Below the pieces are notes generated by a model. That model had not been told where the DNA came from. It saw only the letters and a list, made by a program, of their open reading frames with translations, and did no database searches. Both the position numbers and the translations under genes were made by a program. Positions 1-9,381 of a DNA stretch of 64,000 nucleotides are shown here, one piece after another. Origin of the DNA: Candidatus Xenobia bacterium (GTDB taxonomy: Bacteria; Vulcanimicrobiota; Xenobia; Xenobiales; QWHO01); NCBI GenBank assembly GCA_045863235.1, contig BTUM01000006.1, positions 96,001 to 160,000 of the forward strand, read 5' to 3'. The first letter of the stretch is position 1, and each line of letters starts with the position of its first letter.

Positions 1-1845
1 GCCCATCAACTCGCGGGCTCCATGGGAACGTTCGGTCTCCCGACCGCCTCCCTGCTTGCCCGTGAGCTTGAGACAGGCTTCGCCGGCAGTCTCCCGGTGA
101 GCGTCGAGCAGGGACTTCGCATGTCCGGACTTGTGCTTCGCCTCGAAAGCGAGTTCCTTCAGCACGACCCCGCCGTCGTCCCCGCCTCCAGTGGCCCTGG
201 CGACCGGGTCGTACTGGTTGTGTCCGACGAAGGGCCCTTGTTGACCGACCTTGTTTCCCTGAAGGGACAGTTGCGGATCAACATCACTCCCCTTCCTTCC
301 GATGTCCGCCAGGTGATGAGCACCGTTTCAATCGGTGGAGTCATCGTCGACCTTCCCGACGACGAGCAACTGATCGAGGAGCGGATGGCCCTGCTCCAGG
401 AGTTATCCGCTCGGAGCCCCCACCTTGTCCTGGTCGCGATCATTCCCGAGGACACGCTGCAGTGGAGAGTTCGGGCCTCTGAAGGGCACGAGCGCATCGT
501 TCTGGCCCGGCCGGTGACAGCGGTCCAGGTCATGGAGGCGCTGGAGTCGCGTCTGAGCACCATCCAGGCCGAGAGTCGCATCCTGGCCGTGGATGACGAC
601 CCCATGGTGCTGGCCTGCCTGGAATCGCTTCTGCAGCCGCTGAAGTACCAGCTGACCACCCTGAGCGATCCCCTCGATTTCTGGGAGAAGCTGGAAGTGG
701 TGGCCCCGGACCTGTTGATCCTGGACATCGACATGCCTCATGTGTCCGGTGTCGAGCTGTGTCGAGCGGTACGCAGCGACCCGCGCTGGGCCGACCTGCC
801 CATCATGTTCTTGAGCTCGTACAACGACAGCAGCGTGGTGCATCGGATCTTCCAGGCTGGCGCCGATGACTTCGTTTTCAAGCCGGTCGTGGGACCCGAG
901 CTTCTGACCCGCATTGGGAATCGTCTGGCGCGCACCCAGGTTTACCGCACCGCCGCGGACACCGACGCCCTGACCGGAGCCATGACGCGGGGTCGCGGCA
1001 GCCTGGCCATACGGCATCACCTGGCCATGGCGAGCCGCCGCGGGCAGATCGTATCGCTGGCCTTGATCGACCTGGACAGGTTCAAGCAGATCAACGATCG
1101 GCACGGCCACGCCGTGGGCGACGAGGTGTTGCGGCGGGCTGCTCGCCTGCTGTGCGAGAGCGTGCGAGGCGAGGATCTCGTCGTGCGTTGGGGCGGCGAG
1201 GAATTCGTGGTGGCCTTGTACACTATGCCCCGTTCGGGGGCCAGCAAGCGTCTGCAATCGGTTCTGACCAGGCTTTCCCAGCAGTACTTCGCTGGAGCCG
1301 ACCAGGAGCCGTTTCAGGTCACGTTCTCGGCCGGCGTGGCGGAGTTTCCTCACGACGGGCTCGACCTCAGCAGCCTGGTAGAGGTCGCCGATCAAGCGCT
1401 CTACACGGCCAAGGCCGAGGGACGCAACAGGATTGTCCTGGCAGGGGCAGCCAACGGCTCCTGCCCACGTTCGGCCGATCTGGTGCTGGTTGAGGACGAC
1501 CACCCTCTGGCCGAGGCCATCATCGGCGCAGCCGAAAGCCGCGGTTATCGAATCGAGTGTTTCTCCAGCGCGGAGGTGGCGCTGTCGGCCCTGACCGGCC
1601 CTGAGGCGCAGCTTCGAGGCCGTGTGCTGGTGGTGGACCAAAATCTGCCCCAGATGAGCGGATTGGAGATGTTGAGACAGTTGCAGCCGCTCATCCCCCG
1701 GCAGCGAGTCGTGCTCTTGTCTGGACAGATGCAGGAGGCCCAGGTTCTAGAAGGGCTCGACCTGGGAGCCGTCGACTACGTTCCCAAGCCGTTCATTCTC
1801 TCGGCCCTGATGCGCAAGCTGGAATACCTGCTGCTGAGCGCTTGA
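1..1845 (+). CDS. Hpt-REC-REC-GGDEF-REC response regulator / diguanylate cyclase (5'-truncated by window)
   Basis: Frame 1 is open from base 1 and reads AHQLAGSMGTFG (Hpt histidine motif). REC motifs ILAVDDD...LLILDIDMP...KP; GGDEF domain DLDRFKQIND...RGED(I-site)LVVRWGGEEF; C-terminal REC LVEDD...VDQNLP...PKP. Confidence 0.93.
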   Translation, partial: AHQLAGSMGTFGLPTASLLARELETGFAGSLPVSVEQGLRMSGLVLRLESEFLQHDPAVVPASSGPGDRVVLVVSDEGPLLTDLVSLKGQLRINITPLPSDVRQVMSTVSIGGVIVDLPDDEQLIEERMALLQELSARSPHLVLVAIIPEDTLQWRVRASEGHERIVLARPVTAVQVMEALESRLSTIQAESRILAVDDDPMVLACLESLLQPLKYQLTTLSDPLDFWEKLEVVAPDLLILDIDMPHVSGVELCRAVRSDPRWADLPIMFLSSYNDSSVVHRIFQAGADDFVFKPVVGPELLTRIGNRLARTQVYRTAADTDALTGAMTRGRGSLAIRHHLAMASRRGQIVSLALIDLDRFKQINDRHGHAVGDEVLRRAARLLCESVRGEDLVVRWGGEEFVVALYTMPRSGASKRLQSVLTRLSQQYFAGADQEPFQVTFSAGVAEFPHDGLDLSSLVEVADQALYTAKAEGRNRIVLAGAANGSCPRSADLVLVEDDHPLAEAIIGAAESRGYRIECFSSAEVALSALTGPEAQLRGRVLVVDQNLPQMSGLEMLRQLQPLIPRQRVVLLSGQMQEAQVLEGLDLGAVDYVPKPFILSALMRKLEYLLLSA

Positions 1846-1868
1846 GCCCTGCGTCGGGAGCTGACGGT

Positions 1869-4178
1869 TTAGAACATGCCCTTGATCTGCTCGGCATAGC
1901 GCTCGAGCACCACCGGTCGCTTCACCTTGAAGCTGGGCGTCATCTCGTCGGCCTCTACGGTGAACTCGCGACCGAGCAGAGCCACCGCGCGCACGCGCTC
2001 GTGGTTGGCGTGGCCGGAGCTGCGCTGCATGGCCTCCTCGCGCATCATCTTGAGCACGTCGGGATGCTTGATCATGTCGGCCGGCTCGGTGGGCAGGCCT
2101 TTGGAGCGGGCCCAGGTCGCCAGGTTGTCGAACTTGGGCACGATCAGGGCTCCCACCATGTCTTTGTCGGTGGCGCCCACCACCACGGCCTCCTGGATGT
2201 AGGGGCTGCCTTTCAGGCTCTCCTCGATCGGCTCGGGGGCCACGTATTCCCCGCCTGGAAGCTTGAACTGGCTCTTGATGCGGCCGCAGATCGCATAGTA
2301 GTCCTCCCGCACCTGGTTGGCGATCAGCGCTCCCGCCCCCGCCATAGCCGCCAGACCCAACGCGGCGCCCAGCACCGGCGAGCCCACCAGGCTGCCCAGA
2401 ACGCCGCCGGCGACGCCACCGGCCAGGCCGGCCCAGCCGCCCACCTTCCAGGGATTGTAGACGGGGACGCTGACCAGCTTGCCCTTGTCGCCGGTGCGGT
2501 ACCAGCCGTCGGAGGTAAAGCTTTCGGCTGTCTTGTCGGGCTTGCCCAGGTAACCGCCGGTGAAGACGTTGGGTCCGCGCAGCTGGATCTCGTCTGCTTC
2601 GCCCAGGCGTGCCTCCACGCCCTGGAGAGGCTTACCCACGGTGCCCAGCTTGGCGTCGTTGGGGTCGTTCATGATGGCCGCGCCGGCCGTTTCGGAGAGC
2701 CCGTAACCCTGGGCGATCTTGTAGCCAGCCGAGCGGAACATGCCCTCCACCTCAGGCTCGAGGGCCGCGCCCCCGCTCATCATGATGCGGATGCGCCCGC
2801 CGGTGTTCTGGTCGATCCCCTTGCGGACCTCGGGGAAGATGAATTTCTCGGCCACCGCCTGCTTGATCCGGGTGCCCAGAGGCACATTGCCGTGGTGCTC
2901 GTGGAAATTTCGCGCGTTGCCGACGGCCCACTGGAAGGCGTCGGCCTTGGTGGTCTCGGCCGCCTTCTTGCTGGCCAGGCGGGCCATCACGCGGCCGCCC
3001 AGAGCCGCGCCTCCCGCAGCCAGTCCGGCCGCCAGCAGCCAGGGGGCGCCCACCAGACCCAGGGCCACGCCTCCCAGCGCGGCCACGCCGGCGGTTGCGA
3101 GCTGAGCGTAGCGCGCCGCGCGGGCCGGCTCCAGGGCGGGGTCGGTGTTCTTCAGAGCCTTCTTCTCGGCTTCGTCGTAGATTTTCTTGAAGAAGAGCGG
3201 GGTGACGGCCAGGATGGTGGGCTTGATGATCTTCATGTCCTTTTTGAAGGCCAGCAGGCCGTCCGGGTAGGCGATGGCGCCGCCCTCCGCGGTGATGGCG
3301 TAAGAGGCCGCCCGGCCCATCACATGGCCTTCCGGGAGCACGGCCGCGTAGACGTCATCCTGGCGGATGTCCTTGAGGGAAAGCTCGTTGTCGGAGTTGA
3401 TCTTGCGCATGATCCCCTCCACGTCGGACACCCAGTTGCCCTGCGACAGCAGCACACCCTTGGGGTCGCCCGTCGAGCCGGAGGTGTAGACCATGCCGCC
3501 AAAGTCGGTCGCTTTGGTGTCGGCGATGCGCTTCTCCATCTCGGCTTTGTTTTGCGGCAGGCTGGCACTGCCTCGGGTCAGCAGGTCTTTCCAGGAGATC
3601 AGCTGTTTAGAGGTCTGGAACTGAGCAAGGTCCATGTCGTCGGTGACGATGATGGTCTTCAGGTCGGGCAGATTGGCTTCGGACTTGAGCACCTGAGCCA
3701 GCTTGTCCTTGTCGTCCACCACCAGCACGCTGGCGGCGGAATCCTTCAGGATGTACTCCACGTTGCGGTCGGAGAGCTGATTGTAGAGTGGGGCGTGCAC
3801 CCCGCCGGCATACGAGATGCCGAAGTCGGCAATGCGCCACTGGGGCGAGTTGTCGGCGAATGTGGCCACCCGGTCGCCCGGCTTGAGGCCCAGGTCGAGC
3901 AGAGCCGAGCCGAACTGCTCCACCTGCCCCTCGACCTGTTTGTAAGTCTGGTACTCGTAGGCATCGCCGACCTTGACGCCCAGATAGGGCCCGTCGGGAT
4001 TCTTGGCCACTGCCATCCGGAAGAGAGCCGGCACCGACGCGATCTCCGCGCTGCCCGCCCAGGCGTCCAGGGGCTGGGTGTGAGAAGCCACGACCTGCTC
4101 GGGCTGCGAGGAAGCCCGGCTGGAGCTCAGACCCCACGGTTGTTGCGCGACGGAGACCTGCATGACCATACCCTCCAA
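1869..4178 (-). CDS. Long-chain acyl-CoA synthetase (AMP-dependent ligase) with two Gly/Ala-rich hydrophobic insertions
   Basis: YTSGSTGDPKGV (AMP-binding), GYGLSET, WYRTGDKG, GRIK...GGEYVAPEPIE, EMTPSFKVKR. Exact start among the N-terminal codons is uncertain. Confidence 0.9.
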   Translation of the reverse strand: MEGMVMQVSVAQQPWGLSSSRASSQPEQVVASHTQPLDAWAGSAEIASVPALFRMAVAKNPDGPYLGVKVGDAYEYQTYKQVEGQVEQFGSALLDLGLKPGDRVATFADNSPQWRIADFGISYAGGVHAPLYNQLSDRNVEYILKDSAASVLVVDDKDKLAQVLKSEANLPDLKTIIVTDDMDLAQFQTSKQLISWKDLLTRGSASLPQNKAEMEKRIADTKATDFGGMVYTSGSTGDPKGVLLSQGNWVSDVEGIMRKINSDNELSLKDIRQDDVYAAVLPEGHVMGRAASYAITAEGGAIAYPDGLLAFKKDMKIIKPTILAVTPLFFKKIYDEAEKKALKNTDPALEPARAARYAQLATAGVAALGGVALGLVGAPWLLAAGLAAGGAALGGRVMARLASKKAAETTKADAFQWAVGNARNFHEHHGNVPLGTRIKQAVAEKFIFPEVRKGIDQNTGGRIRIMMSGGAALEPEVEGMFRSAGYKIAQGYGLSETAGAAIMNDPNDAKLGTVGKPLQGVEARLGEADEIQLRGPNVFTGGYLGKPDKTAESFTSDGWYRTGDKGKLVSVPVYNPWKVGGWAGLAGGVAGGVLGSLVGSPVLGAALGLAAMAGAGALIANQVREDYYAICGRIKSQFKLPGGEYVAPEPIEESLKGSPYIQEAVVVGATDKDMVGALIVPKFDNLATWARSKGLPTEPADMIKHPDVLKMMREEAMQRSSGHANHERVRAVALLGREFTVEADEMTPSFKVKRPVVLERYAEQIKGMF

Positions 4179-4274
4179 GCTCGTTTGATCTACAATGCAC
4201 CATGGGCGTGACAGAAATCTGAAAACTTCAAGCCGTCGACAACTTCTCGCGGAGCGGCTCTTGTCCTGAACAAC

Positions 4275-4304
4275 AAAAAGGCCCGGGTCCTTGCGACCCG
4301 GGCC
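4275..4304 (-). terminator. Rho-independent terminator
   Basis: Perfect 10-bp stem ggcccgggtc (4280-4289) / gacccgggcc (4295-4304), 5-nt loop, followed on the minus strand by TTTTT, just downstream of the stop at 4328. Confidence 0.85.
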
Positions 4305-4327
4305 CTGGTTCTGCCGATGTGTTGAGC

Positions 4328-5779
4328 TTACCAGCCGATGCCACCGTCCGGCAGCGGCTCTTTCTTCTTGGCGGGCGGCTCGACGCCCGTGTGGGCGTTG
4401 AGGTCGCGGAAGCGGTCGGCCACGTCCGCTGGCGTCTCTCCGGTCTCGCGCTGGTGCTTCTTGGCCCAGTCATTCCAGAACTCCTTGGGCTCCTGGTTGA
4501 AGCCCTGCGGGGCGGTGGGGCGGCTCTGGTCGCGACCGGTCACCAGGCTTCCGACGTAGTCGCCGTCCTCATAGACCTTGTTGATCTTGGCCGCCGCATC
4601 GTCCACGTCGGAGGCGGTCACGTTGCCGTCGGTGGCCTTGTAGAACTGCACCGTGACCCGGATGGGCAGCTCTTCGTCGCGCACCAGGCTCTGCTTGTCG
4701 ATCTCGGTGAAGTCGCCCTCGGCCTTGCCGTGGGTGATATAGGCGTCCTCGGTAGACCGCATGGAGCGCATCGCGCCCTTGGGAGCCATCGAGAACGAAG
4801 CCGCTTCCAGGAAGCCGAAGTTCTGGGGGTTCTTCTGCTTGAGCGGAACCTGGATGATCATTACCATGTTCTCGCCTGCGGTGGCTTCGCCCGAGGCGAC
4901 CGCGCCGCCCAGCTCATCGGGCCGCTCGCTGATGCGTCCGCCCACCAGGCTGGCCCGCTTGCCGTTCTCGTTGAAGAAGAGCGGCTGGCCCCAGCTCTGG
5001 CCGCCGAACTTGTCGCGCTGGTTGTCGATGACGGTGGCGCTGGTGCCTTCCGGGGTGCACAGGATGGTCAGCACGGCCGGGTCGTCCTTGACCGACTGGT
5101 AGTTGTAAACGGTCGGGTTGAACTTGACCGTCTCCCCCTCGCCCTGGGGCACGGGCAAGAAGCAGGCCTGGGCGCTGCCCAGCACGTGCGTCTCGTCGGC
5201 CTTGAGCAGCGACTTCGTGTCGCCGGCAAACGAGCTGGGGTCGGAAAGGTACTGGCGGATATCGCCCAGATACTCGCGCAGGGTCACCCGCTGGGGCTCG
5301 CCACCCTTCTCGTTGCCTACCAGAACGAAGAACTTGTCCAGGCTGATGTCCACCGTCTTGTCGGCGAAGTTGGGATTGCGCAGCACCGGCAGCAGGCTGA
5401 CCTTGCTCTCGCCGCGCTTGCCCTCTTGCTGCACGGCCAGGGTCATGTCGGTGATGTTGCGGCCGCCGGAAGAGTTGTCGAAGCGATGGGTGTCCTCCCA
5501 CATCACGTTGACCACGTCCATGCCGTGCTTCTTAGCGGCCCGGCCGATCTCTTGATTGTCGACCAGGTTGAGCGTGCGGCTCACGACTTCGTCGTAGCTC
5601 GGCTTCTGGGGACGCTGCTTCTTGAGCTGCTCGTCCCAGTCTTTCTCAGGAATGGTCACGGGCGGGCCCAGGCCGTCCTGGGGGTCGGGCAGCCAGCAGC
5701 CGCCGGGCGCGATGCCCATGGGCTGCTTGCCCGACGAATGTACAGGGGTCGATAGGGAACTGGTGCTGGTGGTGATCAC
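4328..5779 (-). CDS. Hypothetical protein (about 483 aa) with Ser/Thr-rich N-terminus
   Basis: Long ORF with GC3-biased codons and its own terminator. Start re-assigned to GTG at 5779, preceded by GGGGAGG; the ORF-track start at 6022 overlaps the divergent gene. Confidence 0.75.
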   Translation of the reverse strand: MITTSTSSLSTPVHSSGKQPMGIAPGGCWLPDPQDGLGPPVTIPEKDWDEQLKKQRPQKPSYDEVVSRTLNLVDNQEIGRAAKKHGMDVVNVMWEDTHRFDNSSGGRNITDMTLAVQQEGKRGESKVSLLPVLRNPNFADKTVDISLDKFFVLVGNEKGGEPQRVTLREYLGDIRQYLSDPSSFAGDTKSLLKADETHVLGSAQACFLPVPQGEGETVKFNPTVYNYQSVKDDPAVLTILCTPEGTSATVIDNQRDKFGGQSWGQPLFFNENGKRASLVGGRISERPDELGGAVASGEATAGENMVMIIQVPLKQKNPQNFGFLEAASFSMAPKGAMRSMRSTEDAYITHGKAEGDFTEIDKQSLVRDEELPIRVTVQFYKATDGNVTASDVDDAAAKINKVYEDGDYVGSLVTGRDQSRPTAPQGFNQEPKEFWNDWAKKHQRETGETPADVADRFRDLNAHTGVEPPAKKKEPLPDGGIGW

Positions 5780-5878
5780 GGAATGCCTCCCCGAGTTCTG
5801 GTCTGGTGTGTGTGTCGATGTGCACATTAGGGTCAGCCCCTGAAGGAATCCTGAAAATCTCCTCGCGAAGCTTCCCTG

Positions 5879-7066
5879 GTGAAGTTCTGGATCCGTCTCA
5901 TTGTTGGGCTTGTGTTCCTGGCCCTGATCGCCTGGCTGGCCATCCCTGTCCCCGCTTTGAAAGCCCCTCGACCCGAGTGGAAGGTGGTCAGCGATGCTGA
6001 CAACGCCTGGCTCGAGTATCACGAGCTGGGCAAGGAGGCTCGTAAAGCGGAGACCTTTCCCGACGATGTGCTGCCCGCACCCGGCAAGAACGCCCAGGTG
6101 GACTCGGTTCGTCCGGTCTTCGACCGCCTGGTCAAGGCAGCTGCCCGGTCCGGCTCGCAGCGCTTCGAGGAGCCTCCCTCGGTGAGATCGACCGACCTGA
6201 TGTACGTCTATAAGGACGAAAAGACCCTGGTGCGGTTGGCCCTGGCCGAATCCCGACGGTTGGCTGGCGCCGGCCAGCTCAAGCAGGCCCTGGAGCTTTC
6301 ATTAGCCTGCTACGAGATGGGAGCCGATCTGTCCGAGCCCGGGGCCGACCTGACGCCCACGCTGGTGGGCGCCCAGATCCGGCGCCGGGCCAGCCTGGTT
6401 CTCTTCGAGCTGCTGCAGGAGCCCGCCCTGACTCAGGCCCAGGCGCGGGCGGCGCTGGCCGTCGTGGAGCGCTGCAACCAGCGCATTCCTTCTCCGGGCG
6501 AGGCGGTGGCCTGGGACCGCGAGGCGGTGGCCCGCGGCCTGGAGGACACGCTGGAGGATGATGCGCCGCCTTTGCCCGGGCTCAAGGCTCGCCTGCAAAA
6601 TTCGGTTCAGCAGCGAGTAGCCGCCCAGCAGAAGCTGCTGGTGGAGGCCATGCAAACCTGGGACCCGACTCTGGTCCAGCAGGCCCAGGAGCAGGCCGAG
6701 AAACTGCGCACGGGCGGTCTTTTGATGCGGGACGCTGTCCCGGAGATGAAGATCAGTTTAAGCAACAGCCTGCGCCAGATGTACCTCGACCGGGTCAACG
6801 CCCTGGCTCTCGAGTGCCTGGCGGCGGTGGCGGCGTACGCTCGCCAGCACAAGCGCCTGCCGGCGCGGCTGGAGGATGCTCTGGCAAAGCCTCCGGTCGA
6901 CCCCCGCACGGGTAAGGCTCCCGGTTACCGCGTGGAAGGCCGCGAGGCCGTTCTCTGGTATCCCGGACCCGATGGTCGAGACGACCAGGGAAAGAAGGTG
7001 GTCAGTTTCGATCAGCGCGACCAGGATGACGGGGCGGACGTCGTCTACCGCTACCAATTGAGGTAG
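5879..7066 (+). CDS. Membrane-anchored hypothetical protein with a GspG/pilin-like C-terminal motif
   Basis: N-terminal TM helix (FWIRLIVGLVFLALIAWLAI); C-terminal LPARLEDAL...PVDPRTGKAPGYR...LWYPGPDGRDDQG. Confidence 0.65.
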   Translation: MKFWIRLIVGLVFLALIAWLAIPVPALKAPRPEWKVVSDADNAWLEYHELGKEARKAETFPDDVLPAPGKNAQVDSVRPVFDRLVKAAARSGSQRFEEPPSVRSTDLMYVYKDEKTLVRLALAESRRLAGAGQLKQALELSLACYEMGADLSEPGADLTPTLVGAQIRRRASLVLFELLQEPALTQAQARAALAVVERCNQRIPSPGEAVAWDREAVARGLEDTLEDDAPPLPGLKARLQNSVQQRVAAQQKLLVEAMQTWDPTLVQQAQEQAEKLRTGGLLMRDAVPEMKISLSNSLRQMYLDRVNALALECLAAVAAYARQHKRLPARLEDALAKPPVDPRTGKAPGYRVEGREAVLWYPGPDGRDDQGKKVVSFDQRDQDDGADVVYRYQLR

Positions 7067-7069
7067 CCG

Positions 7070-8326
7070 GTGGACGCTCTCAACGCGCCTGAGGCCGCCT
7101 CCATTCGAGCCATTCGGGCCACCTGGTGCGACCTGGGCAACCAGATTCGAGCCAAGGCCGTGCACCGAGAAGGTTGGGCCAGCGGATTCGAGGTCTTCAT
7201 CGCGGCCGGGGCTCAGGGGGCGCCGGCCACGGCCGACATGGTGCTGCCCGAGAGCGGGTTGACGCCCGTGGGCGAGGTGGCCCTGGTGCCCGACTGGTCC
7301 ACGCTGCAGGCCCTGCCGTACGCCCCCGCCCACGCCCGGGTGCTCACCGACATGCACCACCGGGGGCAGCCCTGGAGCCTCTGCCCGCGAGGCTTCGTCC
7401 GCCGCCAGCAAGAGCGGTTGCACGAGCGTCACGGCCTGAAGCTGACGGCCGCGTTCGAGAACGAGTTCTACCTGCACCACCCCGATGGCTCCCTGGTCGA
7501 TGAGAGCAATTTCGCCTCGGTTTACGCGCTCAACCGCAGCCGTCCGGTGCTCGACGAGCTGCTCGAGGCCCTGGTGGCCCAGCGGATGAGCGTGCAGCAA
7601 TTCCATGCCGAAGCCGGCCCCGGCCAGTTCGAGGTCTCCATCGGCCACGCCGAGGGACTGGCGGCGGCCGACCACCAGGTTGCCCTGCGCGAGACGGCGC
7701 ACGCCGTGGCCGAGCGCCACGGTCTGCGGGCCAACTTCCTGCCCAAGCCGTTCCCCGCCCAGGCCGGCAGCGGCTGCCACCTGCACCTTGGCCTGGAAGG
7801 CCTGGCGGCCGATGATCCGCGCTTTCGTCACTTCATGGCGGGCATTTTGCAGCACCTGGAGGCCCTGCTGGCCATCACTGCAGGGCTGCCCAACTCGCAC
7901 CAGCGCCTGGTGCCCAACTCCTGGAGCGGAGCCTTCCGCTGCTGGGGTATCCAGAATCGCGAAGCGGCCCTGCGCCTGCCCGCCAGCCCGGGACACTTCG
8001 AGGTGAAGGCGGTGGACGCCACCGCCAACCCCTATCTGGCGATGGGAGCCATGATCGCCTGCGGGCTGGATGGATTGGATCGCCGGTTGGAGCTGCCCCC
8101 AGGCGTGGAGTCGGATCCGGCCACTTTGCCCGAGGCGGATCGCCCCCCTCGTTTGCCCGCCAGGGCCGGTCAGGCTTTGCAGGCGCTCGAGCGCGACGAG
8201 GTCCTGGCTGAGTCCCTCGGGCCCGACCTGCACCGGGCCTTTCTGGCCGTGCGCCGGGCCGAAGTGGCCCGTCTCGAGGAGCTGGGCCCGGAGGGCGAGG
8301 TGCGCTTGTTGGCGGGTCGTTTCTGA
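7070..8326 (+). CDS. Glutamine synthetase-like gamma-glutamyl ligase (FluG C-domain-like)
   Basis: AFENEFY, HAEAGPGQFE, FLPKPF...AGSGCHLH, WGIQNREAALR, FEVKAVDATANPYLA. Confidence 0.9.
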   Translation: MDALNAPEAASIRAIRATWCDLGNQIRAKAVHREGWASGFEVFIAAGAQGAPATADMVLPESGLTPVGEVALVPDWSTLQALPYAPAHARVLTDMHHRGQPWSLCPRGFVRRQQERLHERHGLKLTAAFENEFYLHHPDGSLVDESNFASVYALNRSRPVLDELLEALVAQRMSVQQFHAEAGPGQFEVSIGHAEGLAAADHQVALRETAHAVAERHGLRANFLPKPFPAQAGSGCHLHLGLEGLAADDPRFRHFMAGILQHLEALLAITAGLPNSHQRLVPNSWSGAFRCWGIQNREAALRLPASPGHFEVKAVDATANPYLAMGAMIACGLDGLDRRLELPPGVESDPATLPEADRPPRLPARAGQALQALERDEVLAESLGPDLHRAFLAVRRAEVARLEELGPEGEVRLLAGRF

Positions 8327-9381
8327 CCCCCCACGCCCTGGACCTGAGCGGCTACCCCCTGCTCGACAGCCACTGTCATCCTATCTATCGCGAGCAACCT
8401 GCCGATTATGCCGAGTGCTTCACCGAGGCGCATCAATCCGGGGGCCACGCCCGCAACAGCCTGTTCTTCTTGCGCAGCCAGCGCGACCTGGCCGCCTTGC
8501 TCGGCTGTGCCAGCGATGAGGTGGAGCAGGCTCGCAGTCTTCTGAGCTCCGAGGAGCTCTTTCAGCGGTGCCTGCCCGGGGTGGACGAGCTGTTGCTCGA
8601 CGACGGCCTCAGCCCTGATCGCTGCCAGCCTCTGGAATGGCACGCCCGTTTCGTGCCCGTGCGGCGACTGGTGCGCCTGGAGCAGGTGGCCGAGCAGATT
8701 TTCGAGGGAGGGCCCTTCGCAGTCTTCCGGGAGCGCTATGTCAGCTACCTCGAGAGCACCCCCGCGGCCGGCTTCAAGAGCATTGCGGCCTACCGAACCG
8801 GTCTTGCCATCGGAGAGGGAGAGCAGGCCGAGGCCGCCTACCGTTCCTGGACCGGAGGAAGGCTGGCCCTCAAGCCTCTCAACGACCACCTGGTGAGGCT
8901 GGGGCTGGAGGTGGCCGCCCGGCGGGGCCTGCCGGTGCAGTTCCACACCGGCTTTGGCGACCCCGACCTGGACCTGGCGACGTCCAACCCGCTGGCTCTG
9001 CGTCCCTTGATCGAGCGATTTTCCTCGACAAAGCTGGTCTTGCTCCACGCGAGCTATCCTTTCGCCCGTGAAGCAGGCTTTCTGGCCAGCGTTTATCCCA
9101 ATGTCTACCTGGATTTCGGCCTGGCGGTGCCCTTCCTGAGCGTGCGGGGCATGGTCGAGGCGGTGGCTATGCTGCTCGAGCTGGGCCCCCTCTCCAAGCT
9201 GACCTGGTCGAGCGATGCCAGCCGCATCAGCGAGCTGTTCTATCTGGGTGCCCTGTGGGGGCGGCGGGTGCTGGGTCAGGTTCTGGGGCAGGCGGTGACG
9301 GATGGCGATCTGAGCGCGAGGCAGGCCGAGCAAGCCGCCCGGCAGATCCTGCAGGGGAACGCCGCCGCTCTCTACTCCTGA
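8323..9381 (+). CDS. Amidohydrolase family protein (FluG/NodGS N-domain-like)
   Basis: In-frame upstream of the ORF-track start lies LDLSGYPLLDSHCHP (DxHxH metal motif); also FKSIAAYRTGL, QFHTGFGDPD, LLHASYP, WSSDA. Probable start is CTG at 8323 overlapping the upstream TGA. Confidence 0.85.
   Translation: MTPHALDLSGYPLLDSHCHPIYREQPADYAECFTEAHQSGGHARNSLFFLRSQRDLAALLGCASDEVEQARSLLSSEELFQRCLPGVDELLLDDGLSPDRCQPLEWHARFVPVRRLVRLEQVAEQIFEGGPFAVFRERYVSYLESTPAAGFKSIAAYRTGLAIGEGEQAEAAYRSWTGGRLALKPLNDHLVRLGLEVAARRGLPVQFHTGFGDPDLDLATSNPLALRPLIERFSSTKLVLLHASYPFAREAGFLASVYPNVYLDFGLAVPFLSVRGMVEAVAMLLELGPLSKLTWSSDASRISELFYLGALWGRRVLGQVLGQAVTDGDLSARQAEQAARQILQGNAAALYS

Noticed and set aside
1842..5755. Long plus-strand ORFs (789 aa, 478 aa)
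   Set aside because: Antisense shadows of well-supported minus-strand genes, as expected with high GC3; no motifs. The same applies to 15814-17583, 6758-8233 and most other overlapping ORFs in the track.
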